Shown: positions 25,488 through 34,378 of the stretch, one piece after another
Layout of the letters: the number at the start of each line of letters is the position of its first letter
How positions within the stretch are numbered: the first letter of the stretch is position 1
Source: Actinomycetota bacterium
GTDB taxonomy: Bacteria > Actinomycetota > UBA4738 > HRBIN12
Length of the DNA: 55,477 bases
Direction of reading: 5' to 3'
Assembly: GCA_039933515.1 (NCBI GenBank)
Contig: JBDTNY010000117.1
Coordinates: forward strand, 1 to 55,477
Position numbers and translations under genes: made by a program
The notes under the pieces: generated by a model
Seen by the model: only the letters and a program-made list of their open reading frames with translations
What the model was told of the DNA's origin: nothing
Databases searched by the model: none

Positions 25488-26762
25488 CTATTCGACGAGC
25501 AAGCTCTGATCGCGCGCAGGACCCACGCTCACGACGCTGACCGGTACGCCGACCAGCTCCTCGATCCGACGGACGTAGGTCTGCGCCTGCTTGGGCAGGT
25601 CGCCGAACCTGCGGCACTCATCGATCTCCTCGTGCCAGCCCTCGAGCTCCTCGTAGATCGGACTCGCGTCGTGGAACACCGACTGATGCGGGGGCATGTC
25701 GTCGAACGTCTGCCCGTAGGCGCGGTACCCGGTGCAGATCTTCAGGGTATCGAGGCCCGAGAGCACGTCGATCTTAGTGATCAGCAGCTCGGTGAGACCG
25801 TTCAGGCGAGCCGCATAGCGTCCGAGGCACGCGTCGTACCAGCCGCAACGGCGCGGGCGGCCGGTGACGGTGCCGAACTCTTTGCCGCGCGTGCTCAGGC
25901 GCTCTCCCACGTCGTCGAGCAGCTCCGTCGGGAAGGGGCCGGCACCCACCCGGGTCAGGTAGGCCTTCATGATGCCGACCACGCGGTCGACCCAGTGGGG
26001 GCCGATCCCCGCGCTCGCGAGCGCGCTCCCCGCTACCGGGTTCGACGAGGTCACGAACGGATAGGTGCCGTGATCGAGATCGAGGAGCACCCCCTGCGCG
26101 CCCTCGAACATCACGTGCTTGCCGTCCTTCAGCGCCTGATACAGCAGCGCACCGGTGTCCGTGACGTGCGGCTGGATCCGCTCCGCCAGTGCCATGTACT
26201 CCTCGACGATCCGCTCGGCGTCGAGGGGCAACCGGTTGTAGATCTTCGAAAGGATCAGGTTCTTCTCGCGGAGCACGACCTCGAGCTTCTCGCGGAAGAT
26301 CTTCTCGTCGAACAGATCCTGGATCCGCAGACCGATGCGCGCCGCCTTGTCGCCGTAGGCCGGGCCGATGCCGCGCTTGGTCGTGCCGAGCGCATTCTTG
26401 CCCAGGAACCGCTCGGTGACCTTCTCGAGCTCGAGGTGGTACGGCATGATCATGTGCGCGTTCCCGCTGACCACCAGGCGCGAGACGTCGACGCCGGTCT
26501 CGCGGACCGAATCCATCTCCTTCATCAGGTGGCGGGGGTCGACGACCACGCCGTCGGCGATCACCGAGGTGATGTGCGGATAGAGGATGCCCGAGGGGAT
26601 CAGTTGGAGCTTCAGCAGGCGGCCCTCGGCGATCACGGTGTGTCCCGCGTTGTTCCCGCCCTGGTACCGGACCACGTAGTCCATCCGGTCCGCGAGGTAA
26701 TCGACCGCCTTGCCTTTGCCCTCGTCGCCCCACTGGGTCCCGAGCACGATAGAGGCAGGCAT
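25488..26762 (-). CDS. purA: Adenylosuccinate synthetase
   Basis: GTQWGDEGKGK P-loop and GGNNAGHT motif. 424 aa. Confidence 0.95.
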   Translation of the reverse strand: MPASIVLGTQWGDEGKGKAVDYLADRMDYVVRYQGGNNAGHTVIAEGRLLKLQLIPSGILYPHITSVIADGVVVDPRHLMKEMDSVRETGVDVSRLVVSGNAHMIMPYHLELEKVTERFLGKNALGTTKRGIGPAYGDKAARIGLRIQDLFDEKIFREKLEVVLREKNLILSKIYNRLPLDAERIVEEYMALAERIQPHVTDTGALLYQALKDGKHVMFEGAQGVLLDLDHGTYPFVTSSNPVAGSALASAGIGPHWVDRVVGIMKAYLTRVGAGPFPTELLDDVGERLSTRGKEFGTVTGRPRRCGWYDACLGRYAARLNGLTELLITKIDVLSGLDTLKICTGYRAYGQTFDDMPPHQSVFHDASPIYEELEGWHEEIDECRRFGDLPKQAQTYVRRIEELVGVPVSVVSVGPARDQSLLVE

Positions 26763-26794
26763 CAGGCGGCCAGTCTACCGGGCACGGACCGCAG

Positions 26795-26826
26795 GGCCGG
26801 CGGACGTCACGCGACGTCCGCCGGCC
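26795..26826. terminator. Perfect 14-bp hairpin downstream of the first DUF1996 gene
   Basis: GGCCGGCGGACGTC-acgc-GACGTCCGCCGGCC. Confidence 0.55.
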
Positions 26827-26859
26827 GTTCCGGTCCGGTGCTCCGGTCCGAGCGGGTGG

Positions 26860-27519
26860 TCAGTCCTTGATGCGGCCACACGTCTTCCGCGCGTTCAGGC
26901 AGTCGCGCACGAGCCGTTCGAGCTCGGTTCCCGCGAACGCGGGGAACATGTCGCCGTGCGGGCCCTGACCCATCATCTCCGACGTCACGGTGGCACCCAC
27001 CAAGGAATGCACGCCGTACTTGAAGTCCATGTGGACCTCCGGGTACCGGTCAGAGAAGAACCGCACGTTGAACTGCGCGGTGCCGTTGCCGCAGTCACGC
27101 GGCAGCGGCGTCGAGGACCCACCACAGGAGTAGCGGACGTCGAAGCTCTTCACCTTGTACCCGTGCGGGAACGCCACCCGATCGACGCCCCCCCGGATGT
27201 AATAGGCGTTCACCCTGGTCGGCTGGAGATGCACGCCGTTCTTGATGAACGTCGGGACCCAGTACGCGGAATGATCCTTCGAGAAGGAGCAGTTCGTGGG
27301 CTGGGTCAGCAGCTGGTCATACGTGCTCTCCATCCGCACGCCCACATTGCCGGCGAACGTGTGCTCGTGCGACATCTCGTTCAGCAGCGGGTCGAACTCG
27401 CCGAACGTCGCGAACGAGCACGTGATCAGGAACGACCCGCCGGCGAACGCGCTGGCAGGCTGTGGCGCCGCCATCAACAGCATGGCGAGCGTCATCGATG
27501 CGACAAATAGCTTCTTCAA
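26860..27519 (-). CDS. Secreted DUF1996-domain protein (paralog 1)
   Basis: Signal peptide ending ASAFA. FDPLLNEMSHEHTFAGN (DP-x-HxH-F-G) motif. Paralogous along its whole length to 27572-28270. Confidence 0.75.
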   Translation of the reverse strand: MKKLFVASMTLAMLLMAAPQPASAFAGGSFLITCSFATFGEFDPLLNEMSHEHTFAGNVGVRMESTYDQLLTQPTNCSFSKDHSAYWVPTFIKNGVHLQPTRVNAYYIRGGVDRVAFPHGYKVKSFDVRYSCGGSSTPLPRDCGNGTAQFNVRFFSDRYPEVHMDFKYGVHSLVGATVTSEMMGQGPHGDMFPAFAGTELERLVRDCLNARKTCGRIKD

Positions 27520-27571
27520 CGGTTTCCCCCTCGGGATCGATCTCTTCCCCGGAACCTTCGGATCGGCTGCG

Positions 27572-28270
27572 TTAGGTGCGGCGGCCGATCTTTCCGCAGG
27601 TCCTGCCCTGGTTCAGGCAGGTTCTGATCAGGTCGCCGAGCTTGCCGTTGGCCCACGCGGGGAAGAAGTCCCCGTGCGCGCCCCTGATGCGACCCGATGA
27701 GAGCCGGGCTCCGACGAGCGAGTGCACGTTGTACTTGTAGTGGACGTGCACGTCGGGGTACTTCCGGTGGAAGAAGCGCACGTTGATCTGCGCCTTCCCG
27801 CCGCCGCAGTCTCGCGGCATGTCGCTGGTGTTGCCGCCACAGGAGAAGCGCGCGTCCATCGTGCGCTCCATGAACCCCTGGGGGAACGGCCGTCGATCGC
27901 GGCCCGCGGCGACGTAATAGACACTCACCTGATACGGCGTGAGCCGATGCCCGTTCCTGTAGACGACCGGGGCCCAGTACGCGCTCCGGTCGCTCGACGT
28001 CGAACAAGTGGTCGTGCCGCGAACCAGCGACGTGTAGGTGCTGTTCTTCGAGATCCCTTTGTTCCCGAAGAACATGTGCAGGTGCTCCGTCGGTGCGACG
28101 CCCGGATCCATGATCGGGTCGATGCGCTGGAACTTGACGAAGTCACAGATGACGAGGAACGAGCCGCCCGAAAATGCGTGAGCAGGCGTCGCCTGGATGA
28201 ACGTCGTCATCATGACGCTCAAAGCGATGGTGCCGATGATTCCTCTACGTAAGGTGGTGCTCGAGAGCAT
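27572..28270 (-). CDS. Secreted DUF1996-domain protein (paralog 2)
   Basis: Signal peptide ending AHAFS. RIDPIMDPGVAPTEHLHMFFGN motif. Shares SAYW-P, F(S)CGG..S..PRDCG.G.AQ.NVRFF..YP and HGD-FPA blocks with paralog 1. Confidence 0.75.
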   Translation of the reverse strand: MLSSTTLRRGIIGTIALSVMMTTFIQATPAHAFSGGSFLVICDFVKFQRIDPIMDPGVAPTEHLHMFFGNKGISKNSTYTSLVRGTTTCSTSSDRSAYWAPVVYRNGHRLTPYQVSVYYVAAGRDRRPFPQGFMERTMDARFSCGGNTSDMPRDCGGGKAQINVRFFHRKYPDVHVHYKYNVHSLVGARLSSGRIRGAHGDFFPAWANGKLGDLIRTCLNQGRTCGKIGRRT

Positions 28271-28520
28271 TACGCCCCCCTCGTGAGCCCGTGGCCGGTC
28301 GGAGGTTCCCGTGGCGCCCCGGTTCGGCGCCCAAGGACCGGCTCGATGGTCATCCGGGTAGGTCTTTGCTGGTTACCACCCCCTCCTCCATACGACCGCG
28401 GTCCTGGACCCTCGGAGGGGGCCAGGACCGTTGACCCCCCTATGGTCCCGGGCGAACGGCGCCGTGTCAAACCTCCCGGTCACGAAGGCCGATCGAGGTC
28501 GCCTCAGGGTATCGGCCGGT

Positions 28521-28550
28521 TTGACCGTTCACCTGAGCGGTTCCTAGAGT
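28521..28550 (+). promoter_or_regulatory. Candidate promoter (TTGACC-18 nt-TAGAGT) for a leaderless transcript of the Ig/LamG gene
   Basis: -35 TTGACC at 28521-28526 and -10 TAGAGT at 28545-28550, then 5 nt before ATG 28556. No SD. Confidence 0.4.
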
Positions 28551-28555
28551 GAGGC

Positions 28556-29986
28556 ATGGGACGTCGGACCCACCCCCCCCGCTCGAGCGCGCTCCTCGCG
28601 GCGGCAGTGCTCTGCGCCTCGGGGCTCGGTTCGACGTCGGCATCGGCCGGGGTGGGGGTACCCCCGATCGTGACCAAGACGACCAGCCCGCCGTCGCCCG
28701 ACGGGTCCAACGGCTGGTACAAGAGCGGCACGATCGACGTCTCGTTCGTGGTGGACCTCCAGGGCGGCTCGCTGATTTCGAAGGACCCGGAGTGCGACAT
28801 CACCACGCGCGTCGACAGCGACACGGTCGGCGACGTCGTCACGTGCGCGGTCGTCACGGACGGTGGCCAGGACTCCGCGACCGACACCGTCAAGCGCGAC
28901 GCGACCGCCCCCACCCTCGCGCCCACGTTCACACCGGGCACGCTCGTCCTCAACGGATCCGGCGATGCGGCGCCCGGCGCCGACGACGCCACCTCGGGCG
29001 TCGACACGAAGGGCTGCGACCCCGTGGACACGAGCACGGCCGGCGCCCACAGCCTCCAGTGCCAGGCCACCGACTTCGCCGGGAACTCTGCGACGAAGAC
29101 CGTGGACTACACGGTCGAGCCGCACGGCCCGGCCGCCGCCATCGCACCGACGAGGGGCGACGCGCAGATCGCCTACGTCACGACGCAGTTCGCCTCGGCG
29201 CTGGTGGTGACCGTCACCGACGCGGAGGGCAACCCGGTGCCGGACGAGACCGTCACGTTCCACGCGCCGTTCTCGGGAGCCTCGGCCGACCTCTCTCGTC
29301 CGTCCGACATCACGAACGCGAGCGGGGTCGCGTCGATCCGGGCGTTCGCGAACGACAAGGTCGGGAGCTACGCGGTTCGAGGCAAGCTCGCCGGCGTGGG
29401 TGCCGCGCGCTTCGACCTGCGCAACGCGCCCGCCCCCTACTTCTCCGACGGATTCTCCAACGGCCTGCGCAAGTGGAATCGGACGGGCGACGTCTCGATC
29501 GCGAGCGGTTCCGGCAGGCCCGCGCCCAGTGCTCTCCTGCGGGCGGGCGACTCCAAAACGTTTGCGACGCATCGGTTCAACGACACCTACGTGACCGCCT
29601 GCGCGAGTGCATCGGTCCGGTTGAACTCGCTCGGCACCCAGGCGGTCGCGCTCCTGCGGTTCCGAGGCCCGGGCGACAGCGGGATCTCCCGGGTGAGTGT
29701 GGCGTCCGACCGCGAGCTCTTCATCCGCAACGACCGCTTGGGCGGGGTCAAGCTCTCCGGGCAGCGGCTGCCGATCGGCGAATGGCACGCGATGGAGCTC
29801 TGCACCCATGTCGGCGCACACGGATCGATCTCCCTGTACCTGGACGGCACCAAGATCGTGGGCTGGCGTCAGGGGCTTGGCGACCGCCGGATCGCCGCGC
29901 TCCATCTGATCGAGAACGATGCGAAGACCTTCTCGCTGAACGTCGACGGCGTGTTGGTCGACGCCAGGCCGGGGGTTCCGGTATGA
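28556..29986 (+). CDS. Secreted multi-domain protein: Ig-like (Big_1/HYR-like) repeats plus C-terminal concanavalin/LamG-like domain
   Basis: Signal peptide (LLAAAVLCASGLGSTSASA). The segment FASALVVTVTDAEGNPVPDETVTFHA...ASGVASIRAFANDKVGSYAV is Big_1-like. The C-terminal ~180 aa is a beta-sandwich lectin-like sequence. Confidence 0.7.
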   Translation: MGRRTHPPRSSALLAAAVLCASGLGSTSASAGVGVPPIVTKTTSPPSPDGSNGWYKSGTIDVSFVVDLQGGSLISKDPECDITTRVDSDTVGDVVTCAVVTDGGQDSATDTVKRDATAPTLAPTFTPGTLVLNGSGDAAPGADDATSGVDTKGCDPVDTSTAGAHSLQCQATDFAGNSATKTVDYTVEPHGPAAAIAPTRGDAQIAYVTTQFASALVVTVTDAEGNPVPDETVTFHAPFSGASADLSRPSDITNASGVASIRAFANDKVGSYAVRGKLAGVGAARFDLRNAPAPYFSDGFSNGLRKWNRTGDVSIASGSGRPAPSALLRAGDSKTFATHRFNDTYVTACASASVRLNSLGTQAVALLRFRGPGDSGISRVSVASDRELFIRNDRLGGVKLSGQRLPIGEWHAMELCTHVGAHGSISLYLDGTKIVGWRQGLGDRRIAALHLIENDAKTFSLNVDGVLVDARPGVPV

Positions 29987-30378
29987 CTCAGCGGAGCCTG
30001 CTGATGATCATGGCTCGCGACTTCGCCTCGCGCCTGGCGACGGCGGTGTTCCTGGTCGACCCCGATGGGGCGCTTGTGTACTTCAACGAAGCCGCGGAGC
30101 GGGTGTTGGGCGAAGCGTTCGTGGAGGGTCGCTCGGTCCCTGCGCGGGAGTGGTCCACGGCCTTCACGCCCGAGGACGAGCACGGCGAACCGGTCCCGCT
30201 GGCGTCGCTGCCGCTCGGTATCGCCCTCACGGAGCGCACTCCGTCGCACGGCGCGATCCGGATCGTCGGCGGCGACGGGGTGAGACGGAGCATCGAGGTG
30301 ACCGCGTTCCCACTCTTCGCGCACGCCGACGAATTCGTCGGGGCGGTCGCGATCTTCTGGGAGCACACGGGGAGCTAG
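29983..30378 (+). CDS. Stand-alone PAS-domain protein (131 aa)
   Basis: ATG overlaps the upstream stop (ATGA). VFLVDPDGALVYFNEAAERVLG...IEVTAFPL...GAVAIFW is a PAS core. Confidence 0.75.
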   Translation: MTQRSLLMIMARDFASRLATAVFLVDPDGALVYFNEAAERVLGEAFVEGRSVPAREWSTAFTPEDEHGEPVPLASLPLGIALTERTPSHGAIRIVGGDGVRRSIEVTAFPLFAHADEFVGAVAIFWEHTGS

Positions 30379-31220
30379 TGCGGGTCCGCGTCTGGGGCGC
30401 CCGCGGTTCCATCGCCACGCCGGGTGCCGACACGGCTCGCTACGGCGGAAATACGTCGTGCGTCGAGCTGCGGGCGGCCGACGGTTCCGTCGTGATCCTG
30501 GACGCCGGCACCGGGATCCGGCCATTGGGGGTGCGACTGCGTGGCGAGGGGCACGGACCGCTGCACATCTTGCTCACGCACCTGCACGTCGACCACCTCG
30601 AAGGGTTGGGGATCTTCGCCCCGATCTGGTCGGCCGAGACCGAGCTCCACCTGTGGGGCCCATCGTCGCCCGTGAGCTCGCTGGAAGAACGGATCACCCG
30701 CTACTTCTCGCCGCCACTGTTCCCCGTGCATCTATCCGAGGTGCCGTCGAGCGTCACGCTGCACGATGCGCCGGAGGGCTCATGGGAGATCGGCGAGCTC
30801 ACGGTCACGTCGGCCCCGATCCTGCACGCCGGCCCCACGGTCGGCTATCGGATCCAGGAAGGAGACCGCTCGATGGCCTACGTCACCGACCACGAGCCCG
30901 CGCTCGGCGCGGATCTGGCGACTGCGGCCGATGAGTGGATCTCGGGGCACGCGCTCGCGTTCGGCGTCGACCTGTTGATCCACGACACGCAGTACACCGA
31001 TGAGGAGTACCCGGATCACATCGGTTGGGGACATTCGAGCGCCTCGCACGTGGCGACGTTCGCGGAGCGAGCGAAGGTCGATCGCCTCTGGCTCTTCCAT
31101 CACGATCCGACGCACACCGACGCCGACGTCGACCGCATGGCGCGGCGCGTGCGCACGCGGTGGGGCGTCGACGAAGACCGCTGCGTGGCGGCCGCGGAGG
31201 GCCTCGAGATCGAGGTGTGA
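30378..31220 (+). CDS. MBL-fold metallo-hydrolase
   Basis: GTG overlaps the PAS stop (TAGTG). VRVWGARGSIATPG..YGGNTSCVEL, ILDAGTG and the HLHVDHLEG (HxHxDH) motif. Confidence 0.8.
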   Translation: MRVRVWGARGSIATPGADTARYGGNTSCVELRAADGSVVILDAGTGIRPLGVRLRGEGHGPLHILLTHLHVDHLEGLGIFAPIWSAETELHLWGPSSPVSSLEERITRYFSPPLFPVHLSEVPSSVTLHDAPEGSWEIGELTVTSAPILHAGPTVGYRIQEGDRSMAYVTDHEPALGADLATAADEWISGHALAFGVDLLIHDTQYTDEEYPDHIGWGHSSASHVATFAERAKVDRLWLFHHDPTHTDADVDRMARRVRTRWGVDEDRCVAAAEGLEIEV

Positions 31221-31236
31221 ACCCGACCGCCAGGGC

Positions 31237-31908
31237 TCAGCCCAGGTCGAGCGGACCGAACGCGGGCGTGCCGCCGGGCACGAGCTCCGCGAGCCGCAGC
31301 CGCACGAGCAGCCAGAACGAGATCTCCACGGAGGGCCCCACCAGCAGTGCGAGCGCGAGGGTCCCGACGCCGGCGACCCCGCCGAGGACGAGCCCGGCCA
31401 GGAGCACGGTGATCTCGATCGCCCCGCGGACGAGCCCGATCCGCCTGCCGGTCCGCCGCGATAGCGTCATCATCAACGAGTCGCGCGGGCCGGCGCCCAG
31501 GCCCGCGCCGATGTAGAGCGCCGAGCCGATCCCGAACAGCGCGATCCCCGCCGCAACGAGCCCCGCTCGCCCGGCGAAGGGGAGCGTCGACCACGCGTCG
31601 ACCTCGGGGATCGCGAGCAGGCGGTCGATCGCCAACCCGATCACCACTGCGTTCGCGATCGTGCCGACACCAGGGGGCGTCCCCGACGCCCAAGCGACCA
31701 CGACGATCGCGAGGCCGACCACGATGCTCGCGGTCCCCAGGCTGAGCGGCGTGTGCTCGGCGATCCCCAGGTGGAAGACGTCCCACGGCGGCAGGCCCAG
31801 GTCGGACTCGAGCATGCAGACGATCGCGAGAGCGATCAACACGAGCCCGGCGAGCAAGGCTACGGCGCGCGGCGCGAGCGGGCCTCGCAGGAGCGGCGCA
31901 TCCTTCAC
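31237..31908 (-). CDS. YczE-like integral membrane protein
   Basis: Six predicted TM helices. LGLPPWDVFHLGI motif typical of the YczE/YitT-like family. Confidence 0.65.
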   Translation of the reverse strand: MKDAPLLRGPLAPRAVALLAGLVLIALAIVCMLESDLGLPPWDVFHLGIAEHTPLSLGTASIVVGLAIVVVAWASGTPPGVGTIANAVVIGLAIDRLLAIPEVDAWSTLPFAGRAGLVAAGIALFGIGSALYIGAGLGAGPRDSLMMTLSRRTGRRIGLVRGAIEITVLLAGLVLGGVAGVGTLALALLVGPSVEISFWLLVRLRLAELVPGGTPAFGPLDLG

Positions 31909-31917
31909 GGGCCGAGG

Positions 31918-33039
31918 CTATCCCCGAGGCTCAAGCACCGGGGACTCGAGGGCTTCGAGCGTGTAGTCGTCGGCATCGGGATCCCACTCCAGGCGGACAA
32001 ACCCGAGCGTCTCCGCCGCCTTGCAGAACTGCAGGAACCCGCGGAATCCGAACTGCTTCTCGCTGAACCCCGACTGCGCCTTCCGCACGCCGTTCTTCAG
32101 CCCCGATAGGTGGGGAGGGGCGCCGCGCTGCTCGAGGTCGGCCACGACCGAGCGCAGCAGTTCGAACGCCTCGGCCTCGCCACCGTGCGTGGGCAGGGTC
32201 ACCTCGGGGTCACCCTTCGCGGACCCTTCGCCGAGCTCCACGACATTGCGCTCGGCCAGGTGACGCATCAGCTCCCCGAATGCCCGGAATCCGTAGTCGG
32301 CCTCACTGAAGGTCGGGTCTTTGCGGAGCAGCGCGCGTTTGATCGAGGAGGCGAGCACCGGGCCGCTCGAGGTTCCCTCGAGGCCGGCGACCGTCTGGGC
32401 CACCCAGCTCGAGAGCTGGTCCACGTCGCGCGGCGCCGCCTCTGCCGCCGGCTCGTCTTCGTCGATCGGAGCGACGTCGACCGGCGCGACCTCGGCGCGA
32501 TCGCCCCCGCCCGTGCCGCCCGAGCCACGGCGGCGGCCGCGCCGGCCACCCGGGGGGCCCGCCTCCACGCCTTCCAGAGCGTCGTAGAACAGGAATTCGT
32601 CGCAGGCCGGTGGGAGCAAGGCCGACGTCGAGTCCTTGACGCCCACGCCGATCACCCGCTTGTTCAACTCGCGGAGCTTGTGCACGAGCGGGGTGAGATC
32701 GCTGTCGCCCGTGCAGATCACGAACGTGGTGACGTAGTCGCGCTCGAACGCCATCTCGAGCGCGTCGACGGCGAGCTTGATGTCGGCCGCGTTCTTGCGG
32801 GACGTGCGCATCCGCTGCGGGATCTCGATCAGCTCGACCTGGCTCCGGGTGAGCATCCGCCGGTCCTCGTCGAAGTACGACCAGTCTGCGTAGGCCTTGC
32901 GCGCGATCACCCGGCCCCGTTCGGCGAGGGCGTCGAGCACCGGACGCAGATCGAACTGCGCGCCGATGTTGTCGCGAGCGCCGATCGCCAGGTTTTCGTA
33001 ATCCAGGAAGAGCGCGATTCGTTCTTCGTCGGTATCCAC
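31918..33039 (-). CDS. NYN (LabA-like) nuclease-fold domain protein with two C-terminal OST-HTH/LOTUS domains
   Basis: ALFLDYENL...VICTGDSDLTPLVHKLRE NYN motifs, then a Gly/Arg-rich linker. Two repeats follow of the L..A..K..P.F....GF..F..L type (...TFSEADYGFRAFGELMRHL... and ...GFSEKQFGFRGFLQFCKAA...). Confidence 0.8.
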   Translation of the reverse strand: MDTDEERIALFLDYENLAIGARDNIGAQFDLRPVLDALAERGRVIARKAYADWSYFDEDRRMLTRSQVELIEIPQRMRTSRKNAADIKLAVDALEMAFERDYVTTFVICTGDSDLTPLVHKLRELNKRVIGVGVKDSTSALLPPACDEFLFYDALEGVEAGPPGGRRGRRRGSGGTGGGDRAEVAPVDVAPIDEDEPAAEAAPRDVDQLSSWVAQTVAGLEGTSSGPVLASSIKRALLRKDPTFSEADYGFRAFGELMRHLAERNVVELGEGSAKGDPEVTLPTHGGEAEAFELLRSVVADLEQRGAPPHLSGLKNGVRKAQSGFSEKQFGFRGFLQFCKAAETLGFVRLEWDPDADDYTLEALESPVLEPRG

Positions 33040-33231
33040 CCGGCCAGCCTACCGTGCGGCCCTGGCCGCGCGGGCCGTTCGTCCCGCCGGTAGCCACCGT
33101 GGGGGTCTAAGGACCCCCTCACGCCCGGGCAAAGTCCCTCACGCGTGGTCCCCTTCGTCCAACCACGGGAGGCCCCCAAGGGCGAAGCTATACGTGTCAT
33201 GAACGAACTCACCGAACGAAAGGGGTACGTC

Positions 33232-33822
33232 ATGAACAGGAAGGCATGGGACCAGATGGTCAGCGCTGCCGCCCTGGTGATCGCCGTCGTGCTCGTCCTC
33301 ATGGGCGTCGCAGCGATCTACGGCGGCAACTTCGGCCGCAGCAACGTCACCGACCGCCTCGCGCCCGAGAAGGTGCAGTTCCCGCCCTTCGACGCGATGA
33401 CGCCGGAAGAGCAGGTCGAGGTCGGCAGCTTCGCCGGCCAGCTGGTCACGACCGGCCCGCAGGCCGAGGCGTTCGCCCGGTACATCGGGGGACACCTCCA
33501 GTTCATCAACGACGGCAAGACCTACTCGGAGACCAGCGCCGCCGCCCGCGTCGAGGGTCTCGACCCCGACGTTGCCGCCGAGCTACAGGGCAAGGCCGAC
33601 ACGCTATTCAAGGGTGAGACGCTCCGCGCGATCTTGCTGAACGGCTACGGCTGGTGGACCGTTGCCACGATCGCCCTGTTCGCCGGGTGGTTCATGGTGG
33701 CCGCGGGCATCGTGCTGCTGATCCTGGCGGTCTTCGGATTCCGTCACGCGAAGAGGACCGAGGCCGACCGGGTGGCCAACGAGCCCCTGAAGACCAAGGA
33801 GTTCGCATCGACGAACGCCTGA
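33232..33822 (+). CDS. Hypothetical membrane protein (N-terminal TM, extracytoplasmic domain, C-terminal TM pair)
   Basis: AAGGGG SD lies 7 nt before ATG 33232. TM segments VSAAALVIAVVLVLMGVAAI and WWTVATIALFAGWFMVAAGIVLLILAVFGF. Alternative starts at 33199 and 33145. Confidence 0.6.
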   Translation: MNRKAWDQMVSAAALVIAVVLVLMGVAAIYGGNFGRSNVTDRLAPEKVQFPPFDAMTPEEQVEVGSFAGQLVTTGPQAEAFARYIGGHLQFINDGKTYSETSAAARVEGLDPDVAAELQGKADTLFKGETLRAILLNGYGWWTVATIALFAGWFMVAAGIVLLILAVFGFRHAKRTEADRVANEPLKTKEFASTNA

Positions 33823-33851
33823 CCAGCACGACGCATCACGCACCGCACGAC

Positions 33852-33875
33852 CGGCCGCCCCGAAGGGGGCGGCCG
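33852..33875. terminator. Bidirectional GC hairpin between convergent genes
   Basis: CGGCCGCCCC-gaag-GGGGCGGCCG, 10-bp perfect stem. Confidence 0.55.
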
Positions 33876-33903
33876 TCGCGTTGCGAGTGCCGCGCCGGAC
33901 CGC

Positions 33904-34308
33904 TCAGACCCGCTCGAGCACCACGACGGGGATCAGCCGGGGGTTGTCGGCCTGATACTCCGCGAACTGGGGGTAGTCGGCCGATTGACGCGTGTAGATG
34001 TCGTCACGTTCTTGGCCGGTCACCTCCGTGGCCACGGCCTCGAACGTCTCGTCGCCGACCTCCAGCGTCACCTTCGGGTTGGCCTTCACGTTATGGAACC
34101 AGTCGGGGTGGGACGGAGCGCCTCCCTTCGAGGCGAAGATCGCCAGGCGGTCGCCTTCGGCCCGATACATCAGGGGATTCACGCGGGCGGCGCCCGACCT
34201 CGCACCGGTGGTGGTCAGCAACAGGAGGGGCTTGCCCTCGAACGCGCCCCCCACCTTGCCGTGGTTGGCTCGGAATTCCTCGATCACCTGCGTGTTCCAT
34301 CCGGACAT
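33904..34308 (-). CDS. Deazaflavin (F420)-dependent nitroreductase family protein (DUF385-type)
   Basis: WNTQVIEEFRANHGKVGG.F.G.PLLLLTTTGARSG..R.NPLMY...GAPSHPDWFHN motifs. Internal ATG chosen to avoid overlap with the ligase gene. Confidence 0.8.
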   Translation of the reverse strand: MSGWNTQVIEEFRANHGKVGGAFEGKPLLLLTTTGARSGAARVNPLMYRAEGDRLAIFASKGGAPSHPDWFHNVKANPKVTLEVGDETFEAVATEVTGQERDDIYTRQSADYPQFAEYQADNPRLIPVVVLERV

Positions 34309-34378
34309 GTGCGCCTCCCCCTTCGGATCGTCCTTCGTGCAACCACCGTCGGTGACGGTTCCTTCCCGTAGGCGGGGC

